A stretch of 64,000 bases of DNA. Source: an uncultured Gemmatimonadales bacterium (GTDB lineage: Bacteria; Gemmatimonadota; Gemmatimonadetes; Gemmatimonadales; GWC2-71-9). Position 1 is the stretch's first letter. Every line of letters begins with the position of its first letter. Below are positions 1 through 7,487 of this stretch, in pieces. The position numbers were made by a program, and so were the translations under genes. Location of the stretch: the NCBI GenBank assembly GCA_963795085.1, contig CAWCFX010000004.1, positions 128,001 to 192,000 on the forward strand, in the 5' to 3' direction. The notes below the pieces were generated by a model, which saw only the letters and a program-made list of their open reading frames with translations, was not told the DNA's origin and made no database searches.

Positions 1-665
1 GCCGGGCGGCGGCGGGAACCGCCATTTCTCCCCCGTCGGCTCCGGATACGCTGGTGGATGCCAGCGGCAATGTCCTGGTCCTGACGCACGTTGAAATCGT
101 CCTTCGGGACATCGAGTTTCGCCGCCAGAACCACGACGACTGCGACAGCGTCAATCCGGGCAGCGATGATTGCGAGGAGTTTGCAGCCGGCCCCGTGGTG
201 CTCGATCTGCCGCTCGGGGCGGGCGTCTCCACCGGGTTCGTGGTATCCGTGGACAGCGGCGTATTTTCCGAACTGGAGCTCAAGATTCACAAGCCCGAGG
301 ACGATGGCGACCAGCAGGATCGCGCCTTCCTGGCCCTGCACCCCGACCTGGCGGACGTGAGCATCCGGGTCACCGGCAGCTTCAACGGTACCGCCTTTAC
401 CTTCGTCACCGATCTCGGTGCCGAGCAGGAGATCGTACTTTCGCCGCCGGTCGTAGTGACGTCCCGGTCGGACGTGGCCGTCACCCTCCGGGTGGACGTC
501 GCGAGGTGGTTCCTGAGCGGAGCGGTGCTGGTGGACCCGGCGCTGGCGCTCAAGGGGGGCACCTTCGAAGGGCTCGTCAAGAACAATATCGAAGCTTCCT
601 TCGCCGCGTTCCGAGACGACAACCGGAACGGGCGGGACGATGGCCAGGATGATCGCAGCAGTTAG
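1..665 (+). CDS. DUF4382-like secreted/lipoprotein, 5' end outside window
   Basis: Frame of ORF 54..665 is open to the window edge. Beta-rich pattern (VEIVLRDIEF, ELELKIHKP, SIRVTGSFNG, VDVARWF) and acidic C-terminus DDNRNGRDD. Confidence 0.5.
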   Translation, partial: RAAAGTAISPPSAPDTLVDASGNVLVLTHVEIVLRDIEFRRQNHDDCDSVNPGSDDCEEFAAGPVVLDLPLGAGVSTGFVVSVDSGVFSELELKIHKPEDDGDQQDRAFLALHPDLADVSIRVTGSFNGTAFTFVTDLGAEQEIVLSPPVVVTSRSDVAVTLRVDVARWFLSGAVLVDPALALKGGTFEGLVKNNIEASFAAFRDDNRNGRDDGQDDRSS

Positions 666-858
666 GCGGCAGCCTGCTCCGCGAACGGAGAAGGCGGGTG
701 GGACTCGGTCGAGTCCTGCCCGCCCCTCCGGCATTCCGGCCCGCTGTGATGGCATTGCGTACACACCTGGAACGAAGCAATGCAGTTGATCCGGAAGGTT
801 ACCGCCGCTTCCCCCGGAACATCGTTGATTCTCATGGACTTGAACGCAGTGAGGCCAA

Positions 859-874
859 TGGAACAGGGGTTGCC
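859..874 (+). promoter_or_regulatory. Possible sigma-54 -24/-12 promoter
   Basis: TGGAAC-AGGGG-TTGC with exact GG-N10-GC spacing. It abuts ATG 877, so it implies a start at ATG 895; alternatively AGGGG is simply an RBS. Confidence 0.4.
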
Positions 875-876
875 TC

Positions 877-2220
877 ATGTCTGAACGGCGCTGGATGGTC
901 GTGATCCGTCTCTCCGACAGTTTTCGCGCGACCCTGGCCGACCTCGCCGCCCAGCTGGGGGCAACCCTGCTGGAGTGGACCCCCAAACCCGACGAGCCGG
1001 TACCCGGGGAGGGCGGACCGCTGCTCATTCTCGCCGGTGGCGCGGAGAGCGACGCCCTGGATCTGCTGGAGATGCTGGCCGCCGCGCCGGCGCCCAAGAT
1101 CGTCATTGGGAGCCTGGCGGACCATCGGGTGGCGGCGGTCGCGGTGCAACGGGGCGCGACCGACTATTTCGCTCTCCCCCAGGATCTCGATGTCCTGCGC
1201 CGCTCGCTGGAGCGGGAGCTCCGGGAGACGCGGGGCCGGTCGGCGGCGAAGCGCTACGCCGAAGAGGAGCGGCAGGCCAGCGGATTTGGCGTGATCGTGG
1301 GACGGAGCCCGGCCCTGATGGCCATGCTCGACCAGGCCGCCCGGGTGGCCTCCCATCCCGACGTCACGGTGATGATCGGAGGGGAGACCGGGACCGGCAA
1401 GGAACTGCTGGCCCGGGCCATCCACTACCACAGCGGGCGGGCGGCGGCGCCTTTCGTCGAGATCAACTGCGCGGCCATTCCGGCCACCCTGCTCGAGAGC
1501 GAGCTCTTCGGGCATGAAAAGGGATCCTTTACCGGCGCTATCGCCGCCAAGCCGGGACTGTTCGAGATGGCCCATGGCGGCACCCTCTTCCTCGACGAGG
1601 TGGGCCATATCCCGGTGGAGCTGCAGGCCAAGCTGCTCCGCGCGCTGGAAAGCCGGGAAATTCGCCGGGTCGGCGCCCAGACGACGCGACACATCGACGT
1701 AAGGGTCATCGGCGCCACCCATGTGAACCTGGCGACGGCCGTGGCCCGGGGCGAGTTCCGGGAGGACCTGTACTACCGGCTCAACGTGGTCAGCCTGACG
1801 CTGCCTCCACTCCGGAGCCGGGAGGGGGATGTGGATCTGCTCGCCGAAACCTTCGTCGCGCGGCTGGCCACCAGCAACCGGCTTCCGGTGCCGCCGCTCA
1901 GCCCGGAGGTGCGGCTGGCCCTCCGCAGCCACGCGTGGCCCGGGAACGTTCGGGAGCTGCGGAACGCCATCGAGCGGGCCCTGGTCCTGTCGCCGCCGGG
2001 CACCCTGCGGGTGGAGGAACTGGGACTGGCGCGCAACGTGGCAGTGGCCGCCGGCGGATCGGCGCTGCCGTTCCCTGCCGACCTGGCCACCATCATCCGG
2101 TCGGCCGTGGTCCTGATGCTCAAGCAGTGTGGTGGAAATAAGAGCGAGGCATCCCGGCGGCTGGGAATTTCCCGCCCCCGGCTGCAGCGCCTGCTGGATG
2201 GCAAGGATAACTCTGACTGA
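877..2220 (+). CDS. Sigma-54-dependent transcriptional activator (bEBP) with degenerate N-terminal receiver-like domain
   Basis: Walker A GETGTGKE, ESELFGHEKGSFTGA, Walker B LFLDEV, FREDLYYRLNV, WPGNVRELRN, C-terminal Fis-type HTH (GGNKSEASRRLGISR). Confidence 0.93.
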   Translation: MSERRWMVVIRLSDSFRATLADLAAQLGATLLEWTPKPDEPVPGEGGPLLILAGGAESDALDLLEMLAAAPAPKIVIGSLADHRVAAVAVQRGATDYFALPQDLDVLRRSLERELRETRGRSAAKRYAEEERQASGFGVIVGRSPALMAMLDQAARVASHPDVTVMIGGETGTGKELLARAIHYHSGRAAAPFVEINCAAIPATLLESELFGHEKGSFTGAIAAKPGLFEMAHGGTLFLDEVGHIPVELQAKLLRALESREIRRVGAQTTRHIDVRVIGATHVNLATAVARGEFREDLYYRLNVVSLTLPPLRSREGDVDLLAETFVARLATSNRLPVPPLSPEVRLALRSHAWPGNVRELRNAIERALVLSPPGTLRVEELGLARNVAVAAGGSALPFPADLATIIRSAVVLMLKQCGGNKSEASRRLGISRPRLQRLLDGKDNSD

Positions 2221-2235
2221 AACCGGGATGCGTAT

Positions 2236-2883
2236 ATGCAATACCTGCTGACGATACTTTCGCCCCGCGGCCAGTCCGGCCTGGGATCTCTGGCCGTCGT
2301 CGCCGCGCTGACGCTGCTCGGCGGGTGCACCGCATCCGAACCCAGCGACGGATCCTCGACCCGCCCCCCGGGCGATCTCACCATCCTCCGGCTGGCCCAG
2401 GGAACGCCGCCCCTGGTGACGGACTCGGTCGGGTTCTGGGCCGTGTACGACGAGGACCGCGAGGTCCGCATCGATATCGCGCCAAACACCGACTACCTAA
2501 AGTTCCGGGTGGACAAATTCTCCCTGTACCGCCGGCCCAACGGCTCCCTGTTCGGCCCCGGGGATTCGGTATTCATCTCCGTCAAGGTCCTCGATCCCGA
2601 TGAGCTCCAGTTCGAGTTCTCGCCGGCGGGGCTTCGGTTCAATCCCGCCAAGCCCGCGGAGCTCAGCCTCGATTACGACTTCGCCGGGTTCACCATCCCC
2701 GGTGATTACGACGGGGACGGAGACGACGACGCCGAGGACGAGGCCCTTGAATCCAACCTGGCGGTCTGGAAGCAGGAGACGCCGGGAGACCTGTTCGACC
2801 GGCTGAGCGGGTTCATCGAGTTCGAGTTCGACGAGATCGAGGTCGAGATCACCAGTTTCACCCGGTACGCGCTGGCCTACTGA
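2236..2883 (+). CDS. Putative lipoprotein, paralogue of 4138..4839 (ZU5-like C-terminus, Ca-binding-like DxDGDG motif)
   Basis: Hydrophobic signal plus LLGG-C lipobox; DYDGDGDDDAED; ends SFTRYALAY. Confidence 0.7.
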   Translation: MQYLLTILSPRGQSGLGSLAVVAALTLLGGCTASEPSDGSSTRPPGDLTILRLAQGTPPLVTDSVGFWAVYDEDREVRIDIAPNTDYLKFRVDKFSLYRRPNGSLFGPGDSVFISVKVLDPDELQFEFSPAGLRFNPAKPAELSLDYDFAGFTIPGDYDGDGDDDAEDEALESNLAVWKQETPGDLFDRLSGFIEFEFDEIEVEITSFTRYALAY

Positions 2884-2891
2884 GCGAGACC

Positions 2892-3890
2892 GTGAACACT
2901 TTTATCCCCGCCCCCGACGATCCAGCCGGCAGCCTCCGGGTGCTGCTCGCCGAGGGTCGCTTCGCGGAGGTGCTGGAGGAGTACTGGAGCCGTGAAGGCG
3001 AACGGACGCCGGACGCCAGCTTGATGGCCGCTACCGCCTCCACCCGTCTCGGTGACCTGCCGATGGCGGCGGATCTGGCCGGGCAGGCGCTGGACCGTTT
3101 CCGCGCCCGGGCCGACGACGATGGCCGCATGCGGACGCTCAATCTGCTCGGCGTGATCGAGTTCGAACGGGGGAACCTGGACCGGTCCCGCTACTGCTTT
3201 ACCGAAACGCTCGGACTGGCGCGTGCGCTCAAGGACACCCTGATGACCGCCCGGGCCTGCAACAACCTCGCGTCCATCGCGGACCTCCAGGGCGACGGCC
3301 CGGGCGCGCTGACCCTGTACCGGTCGGCCCTGCTCAGCTACCAGCGGCTCGGCGACCGCCGGGGCACCGCCGAATCGTACCACAACCTCGGCATTGTCTT
3401 CCGGCAGATGGAAAACTGGGGGGAAGCCCTTTCGGCGTCCGACCAGGCAATTCGCCACGCGGCCACCCTCGCCGAGCAGGCCATCCTGGGGCTGGCGGTC
3501 ATGGGACGGGCCGAGATCGACCTGCATCGAGGGGAACGGGAGATGGCGCGCCAGGGGCTGGAATGGGCGGCCGTGCTCGCGGAGCGGGGTGGGGACGAAC
3601 TGGGGGTCATTGAGGTCAATCTCCTACGAGCCAGTCTCGCGGGAATGGAGCAGGATTGGCCACGGGCAACCCGCGAAGCAGAACAGGCCCGTAACGCTGC
3701 CATCGCCGCGCGTGCGGCGGTACTCCAGGCCCAATGTGCCGCGGTTTCAGCGGTGGGCTTCAAGGCCGTGATGCGGCTGGACGAGGCGGTAGAACGAAAG
3801 GCCGAGGCCGAACGGCTATTCCGGGCCCAAGGCGCTATCCGGCGGCTCGCTGAATTTGGGCGGCGGTGGGAAGCCACGACGTTGCTGTAA
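2892..3890 (+). CDS. Tetratricopeptide repeat protein
   Basis: Repeated helical units TLNLLGVI, ACNNLASI, SYHNLGIV typical of TPR_12/MalT-type TPRs; no signal peptide. Confidence 0.8.
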   Translation: MNTFIPAPDDPAGSLRVLLAEGRFAEVLEEYWSREGERTPDASLMAATASTRLGDLPMAADLAGQALDRFRARADDDGRMRTLNLLGVIEFERGNLDRSRYCFTETLGLARALKDTLMTARACNNLASIADLQGDGPGALTLYRSALLSYQRLGDRRGTAESYHNLGIVFRQMENWGEALSASDQAIRHAATLAEQAILGLAVMGRAEIDLHRGEREMARQGLEWAAVLAERGGDELGVIEVNLLRASLAGMEQDWPRATREAEQARNAAIAARAAVLQAQCAAVSAVGFKAVMRLDEAVERKAEAERLFRAQGAIRRLAEFGRRWEATTLL

Positions 3891-4020
3891 CTACCTCACC
3901 ACAAACCGCTAGACGCCCACCGCCATTCACCCTGCTTCCCAACCTTCGTACTGCAGAAGCTGGCATCCATAGTCGTAAACTGGTCATAAACGACAATAAG
4001 TGCTCGGTAGTTACCCCTAT

Positions 4021-4033
4021 AAACTCATGGATT
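4021..4033 (+). promoter_or_regulatory. IHF-like site upstream of sigma-54 promoter
   Basis: AAACTCATGGATT has two mismatches to YAANNNNTTGATW, lies in an AT-rich spacer ~40 bp upstream of the -24 GG. Confidence 0.35.
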
Positions 4034-4069
4034 TGCAGTACTTGGCAAGCAATTCCATATGATAGAAGA

Positions 4070-4085
4070 TGGTACATCTATTGCC
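4070..4085 (+). promoter_or_regulatory. Sigma-54 -24/-12 promoter
   Basis: TGGTAC-ATCTA-TTGCC with exact GG-N10-GC spacing, ~50 bp upstream of the 4138 start, in an AT-rich intergenic region downstream of a bEBP gene. Confidence 0.7.
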
Positions 4086-4137
4086 ATTCAACTAGCGGGG
4101 GAAGGTCGAGGCAAACGGCAGAACTGGGAGAATCGAA

Positions 4138-4839
4138 ATGTCCGACAGGATCGAGAACAGGTCACCATTCCTCATGCTGGGGGGTGGATGGATAGCCCTG
4201 CTGACCATGGCCCTGCTGGGCTGCAATGGGGACGGCCTGGCGCCGGCCGACACACCTCAATCTGTGCCGGAAACCCGGCCCGAGGCGGATCTCACGGTCC
4301 TTACGATCTCGCAGCCGCCTGCGCTGGTTGCTGATTCGGTCAGCTTCTGGGCGGTGAAGGGGAAGAACCGGTTCGCCGAAATGTTCTTCGCCGACAGCCT
4401 GGGCCACCCCGCCGACCGGCTCCTGCGCTTCTATGTCGATGGAAAGTCCCTGTACCGGTATCCGGATGGGAAGAAGTTCGGAAGCAAGGACTCGGTACTG
4501 ATTACGATCCGGGTGACCGATCCCCGGACGCTCGCTTTCGAGTTCGAACCCTCGGGGCTTCAGTTCAAGGACAAGGAACCGGCGATCCTGACTGTGAACT
4601 ATGCCCGTGCGGTTACCCAGCCGGGTCCGGTTTCCCGGCACGATGACGACGATGACGACGATGACGACGATGTCGAGGATGACGACGACCAGTCTTCAGT
4701 CATAGAAGCCGACCTGGCCCTCTGGGTACAGGAGCAGTTGGCGGCGGACTACTCCCGGATCACCACGCTCGTCGACACCACCGCGAAGCAGGTCATCGGA
4801 GAGGTCCCCGGGTTCAGCAAGTACGCGGTGGCCTATTGA
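4138..4839 (+). CDS. Putative lipoprotein, paralogue of 2236..2883, with poly-Asp insert
   Basis: ALLG-C lipobox; DSVSFWAV, SLYRYPDG, FEFEPSGLQF and GFSKYAVAY align with the upstream paralogue; GGGAG RBS. Confidence 0.7.
   Translation: MSDRIENRSPFLMLGGGWIALLTMALLGCNGDGLAPADTPQSVPETRPEADLTVLTISQPPALVADSVSFWAVKGKNRFAEMFFADSLGHPADRLLRFYVDGKSLYRYPDGKKFGSKDSVLITIRVTDPRTLAFEFEPSGLQFKDKEPAILTVNYARAVTQPGPVSRHDDDDDDDDDDVEDDDDQSSVIEADLALWVQEQLAADYSRITTLVDTTAKQVIGEVPGFSKYAVAY
4640..4690 (+). repeat. GAY trinucleotide / 9-nt tandem repeat encoding poly-Asp
   Basis: (GATGACGAC)x3 followed by further GAC codons. Confidence 0.7.
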
Positions 4840-4850
4840 TGAAGTGAGAA

Positions 4851-4873
4851 GTGAGAGGTTGTTCACCTCTCAC
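4851..4873. terminator. Hairpin between convergent genes
   Basis: GTGAGAGGT-tgttc-ACCTCTCAC inverted repeat. Confidence 0.5.
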
Positions 4874-4881
4874 CTCCCGCT

Positions 4882-6945
4882 CTAATGGGCGCCCGCCAGC
4901 TCCCGCTCCTCCTTATTGTCCGTTGCCACCTTGGCCGCTACCTCAGCCGGCGCCTCCACGTACCCGTGGAACTTCTGCCGGTAGGTGCCCCGTCCATGGG
5001 TAATCGAGTGCAGCGTCGTTGCGTACTTGTAGAGTTCGGCCTCCGGGACGATGGATTTGACCTTGGTCAGCCGTCCATCCTGCTCCGTCCCCAGGATCTG
5101 GCCTCGCCTGGCGCTGAGGTCCCCCATGACATCGCCCAGCACGTCGTCCGGGGTCCACACCTCCACGTCCATGAGCGGCTCCAGCAGAATGGGTCGGCAC
5201 TGCGGCGCCACGTTCCGAAAGGCGAGGATTCCGGCCATCTTGAACGACATCTCGTTGGAATCCACGTCGTGGTACGATCCATCGAAACACTCGGCCCGGA
5301 AATCCACCATGGGGAAGCCCGCCACCACCCCCCGAAGCGCCGACTCCTGGATTCCCCGGTCTACCGCCGGCACATACTTGCCCGGGATCACCCCCCCCAC
5401 GATGGCATTGACGAATTCATAGCCCCCGCCCCGGGGCAGGGGTGACAGGCGGACCCAGCAGTCTCCATACTGCCCCCGCCCGCCCGACTGTTTCTTGTGC
5501 TTGCCCTGTCCCTCCGCCTTGCTCTTGATGGTTTCGCGATAGGCGATCCGGGGCCGGACCAGTTCGGCATGGACGCCGAACTTCCGCTGCAGGCGGCCCA
5601 GGATGATCTCGAAATGCTTCTCTCCCATGCCGTGGATCAGGGTCTGCCCCAGCTCCGAACTGTACTCAAAGTGGAAGGTCGGGTCCTCTTCGTGCAGCCG
5701 GTGCAGGCCCGCCGCCAGCTTGTCCTCTTCGCCGCGCTGGCGCACTACCACGGCCGAGGTCGCGATCGCGTCCGGAAAGGGCACCGGGGGCAGCCGGAGC
5801 GGGTGGTCCCGACGGCAGAAGGTATCGTTGGTGTGGGTGTCCTTGAGCTTGGCCACCGAGCCGATGTCGCCGGCGTGGAGTTCGGTCACCTCGGTGCGTT
5901 CCTTGCCCAGCTGAATTGAGAGGTGGTTCAGCTTCTCGGCGACGCTGTGCTCCGCGTTCCAGACTTCGTCCCCGTTCTTGATGGTGCCGGTATAGACGCG
6001 GAACAGGGTGACGTCGCCGATGTGGGGCTCGGAGACGGTCTTGAACACCCGCCCCAGGAGGGGCGGCCGGCCGTCGGCCCCGTCGGGCAGTGGCGTTTCC
6101 GCCGGTGAGGGAAACAATTCAACCATCTTCTTGAGCAGGGCGCGGGTACCGTAGGTCAGTTCGCCGCTGCCGCAGAAGAGCGGCACGATCTCGCCCGCCG
6201 CCATTGCCTTCTTCATGCCGGCGATCACATCCGCCCGGGGGATCTCCGCCCCGCCCAGGTAGCGCTCCAGCAGATCGTCGTCGGTGGAGGCCACCGTCTC
6301 CGTCAGCAGCAGACTATAGCGCTCGAACTTTTCCCGGTACTCCTCCGGCACCGGCCCCTTGTCGTACTCGCCGGACTTGGTCCCCTTCCTGTAGAGATGG
6401 CAGCTTCCCGAGAACAGGTTGATGATCCCGTGAAAATCCTGGCCATTGCCGACCGGGATCTCTACCGGGACCACCTTGGGCGTCAGGTGTTCCTTGACAT
6501 CATTGAACACGTCCTCAAAATCGGCGTGCTCCTTGTCCATCTGGGTCACGAAGAGAATCCGGGGCAGGTGCAGCCGGTCGCACACTTCCCAGACCTTCTC
6601 CGTGCCCACCTCGACGCCGGCGACACCACCGAGCACGACGACCGCGGCGTCGGCGGTATAGAGGCCGGAAATCGTCTCTCCGAAGAAATCAAGAAACCCC
6701 GGGGTGTCAATCAGGTTGATCTTGGTATCCATCCACTCCGCGTAGGCCAGGCCCAGGCTGATGGAATGCTTGCGGTCGATTTCGTCGGGTGTGTAATCGG
6801 TGAGAGCGGTTCCGTCTTTAATGGAACCATGACGGCGGCTGGTGCCAGCCACGAAGGCCAGGGCGTCAACGAGAGTGGATTTACCCGATCCGCCATGGCC
6901 GACAAAGGCGACGTTCCGGATTGCATTCGAGCCATATGCCGGCAT
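4882..6945 (-). CDS. fusA2: Elongation factor G paralogue (EF-G2/EF-G II type)
   Basis: G1 GHGGSGKST, G3 DTPGF, KQSGGRGQYG, DGSYHDVDS and EF-G domains III-V; not in a str operon; AGGAGGT RBS. Confidence 0.9.
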   Translation of the reverse strand: MPAYGSNAIRNVAFVGHGGSGKSTLVDALAFVAGTSRRHGSIKDGTALTDYTPDEIDRKHSISLGLAYAEWMDTKINLIDTPGFLDFFGETISGLYTADAAVVVLGGVAGVEVGTEKVWEVCDRLHLPRILFVTQMDKEHADFEDVFNDVKEHLTPKVVPVEIPVGNGQDFHGIINLFSGSCHLYRKGTKSGEYDKGPVPEEYREKFERYSLLLTETVASTDDDLLERYLGGAEIPRADVIAGMKKAMAAGEIVPLFCGSGELTYGTRALLKKMVELFPSPAETPLPDGADGRPPLLGRVFKTVSEPHIGDVTLFRVYTGTIKNGDEVWNAEHSVAEKLNHLSIQLGKERTEVTELHAGDIGSVAKLKDTHTNDTFCRRDHPLRLPPVPFPDAIATSAVVVRQRGEEDKLAAGLHRLHEEDPTFHFEYSSELGQTLIHGMGEKHFEIILGRLQRKFGVHAELVRPRIAYRETIKSKAEGQGKHKKQSGGRGQYGDCWVRLSPLPRGGGYEFVNAIVGGVIPGKYVPAVDRGIQESALRGVVAGFPMVDFRAECFDGSYHDVDSNEMSFKMAGILAFRNVAPQCRPILLEPLMDVEVWTPDDVLGDVMGDLSARRGQILGTEQDGRLTKVKSIVPEAELYKYATTLHSITHGRGTYRQKFHGYVEAPAEVAAKVATDNKEERELAGAH

Positions 6946-6975
6946 GGCTCACCTCCTGGAAGCATAGGGGTACTG

Positions 6976-7004
6976 ATTTTGGCCCCAATTCCCCGCCTTG
7001 TCAA
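6976..7004 (-). promoter_or_regulatory. Sigma-70 promoter for EF-G paralogue
   Basis: TTGACA-17 bp-CAAAAT on the minus strand. Confidence 0.65.
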
Positions 7005-7177
7005 ATATCTGCCGGAAGGGGACCTGGATCACTTCGCCCCGAATGGGCGTTTCACATACTCAGGGAGGCAGTCCAAGCCTGGGGGCGTGGGCCCTCTACA
7101 GGTTCCCTGCGGTAAATTGAGCCGGCGTGCGTAGAATGGGTTACTACCCTGACGTGACATTGGGATACACTGGGCAC

Positions 7178-7471
7178 ATGCATTTCGTCGCGGAAGCGAT
7201 CCTGCCCAGCTATCTGGAGGCCCTGCAACGGGTCCTGGATGATGCCATGGAGCGGCTGCCCCCAGGCGGTCCCCGGCGCATCCTGGCCCGGCTTCGCCGT
7301 CGGCTCCGAAAACCGGCGACCGCCCTCCGGTTCGAATCCCTGCACCGCCTGGTCACGCTAGGGGAAGCCCAGGGGTGGCTGACCACCGACGAGGCCATCA
7401 CGATCCGCAAGCTTGCCTACCGCTGCTCGTTCTACCTGCGCAGGGCAGGCAAGGCCGAGCCATCCTCTTAG
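7178..7471 (+). CDS. Small basic helical hypothetical protein
   Basis: 97-aa ORF with coding-like GC3, filling the gap; TACACT 6 nt before the ATG suggests a leaderless start. Confidence 0.5.
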   Translation: MHFVAEAILPSYLEALQRVLDDAMERLPPGGPRRILARLRRRLRKPATALRFESLHRLVTLGEAQGWLTTDEAITIRKLAYRCSFYLRRAGKAEPSS

Positions 7472-7487
7472 CCGTCCTCGCCCGGCG

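Noticed and set aside
768..784. TGGAAC...TGCA sigma-54-like element
   Set aside because: GG-GC spacing is 11, not the required 10.
7061..7109. CAGGGA...TCCCTG stem with inner hairpins
   Set aside because: Short and GC-rich with no recognisable RNA motif; could be chance.
7325..7350. GGTTCGAATCC, tRNA T-loop-like
   Set aside because: Only a 2-bp flanking stem, no cloverleaf, and it lies inside a likely ORF.
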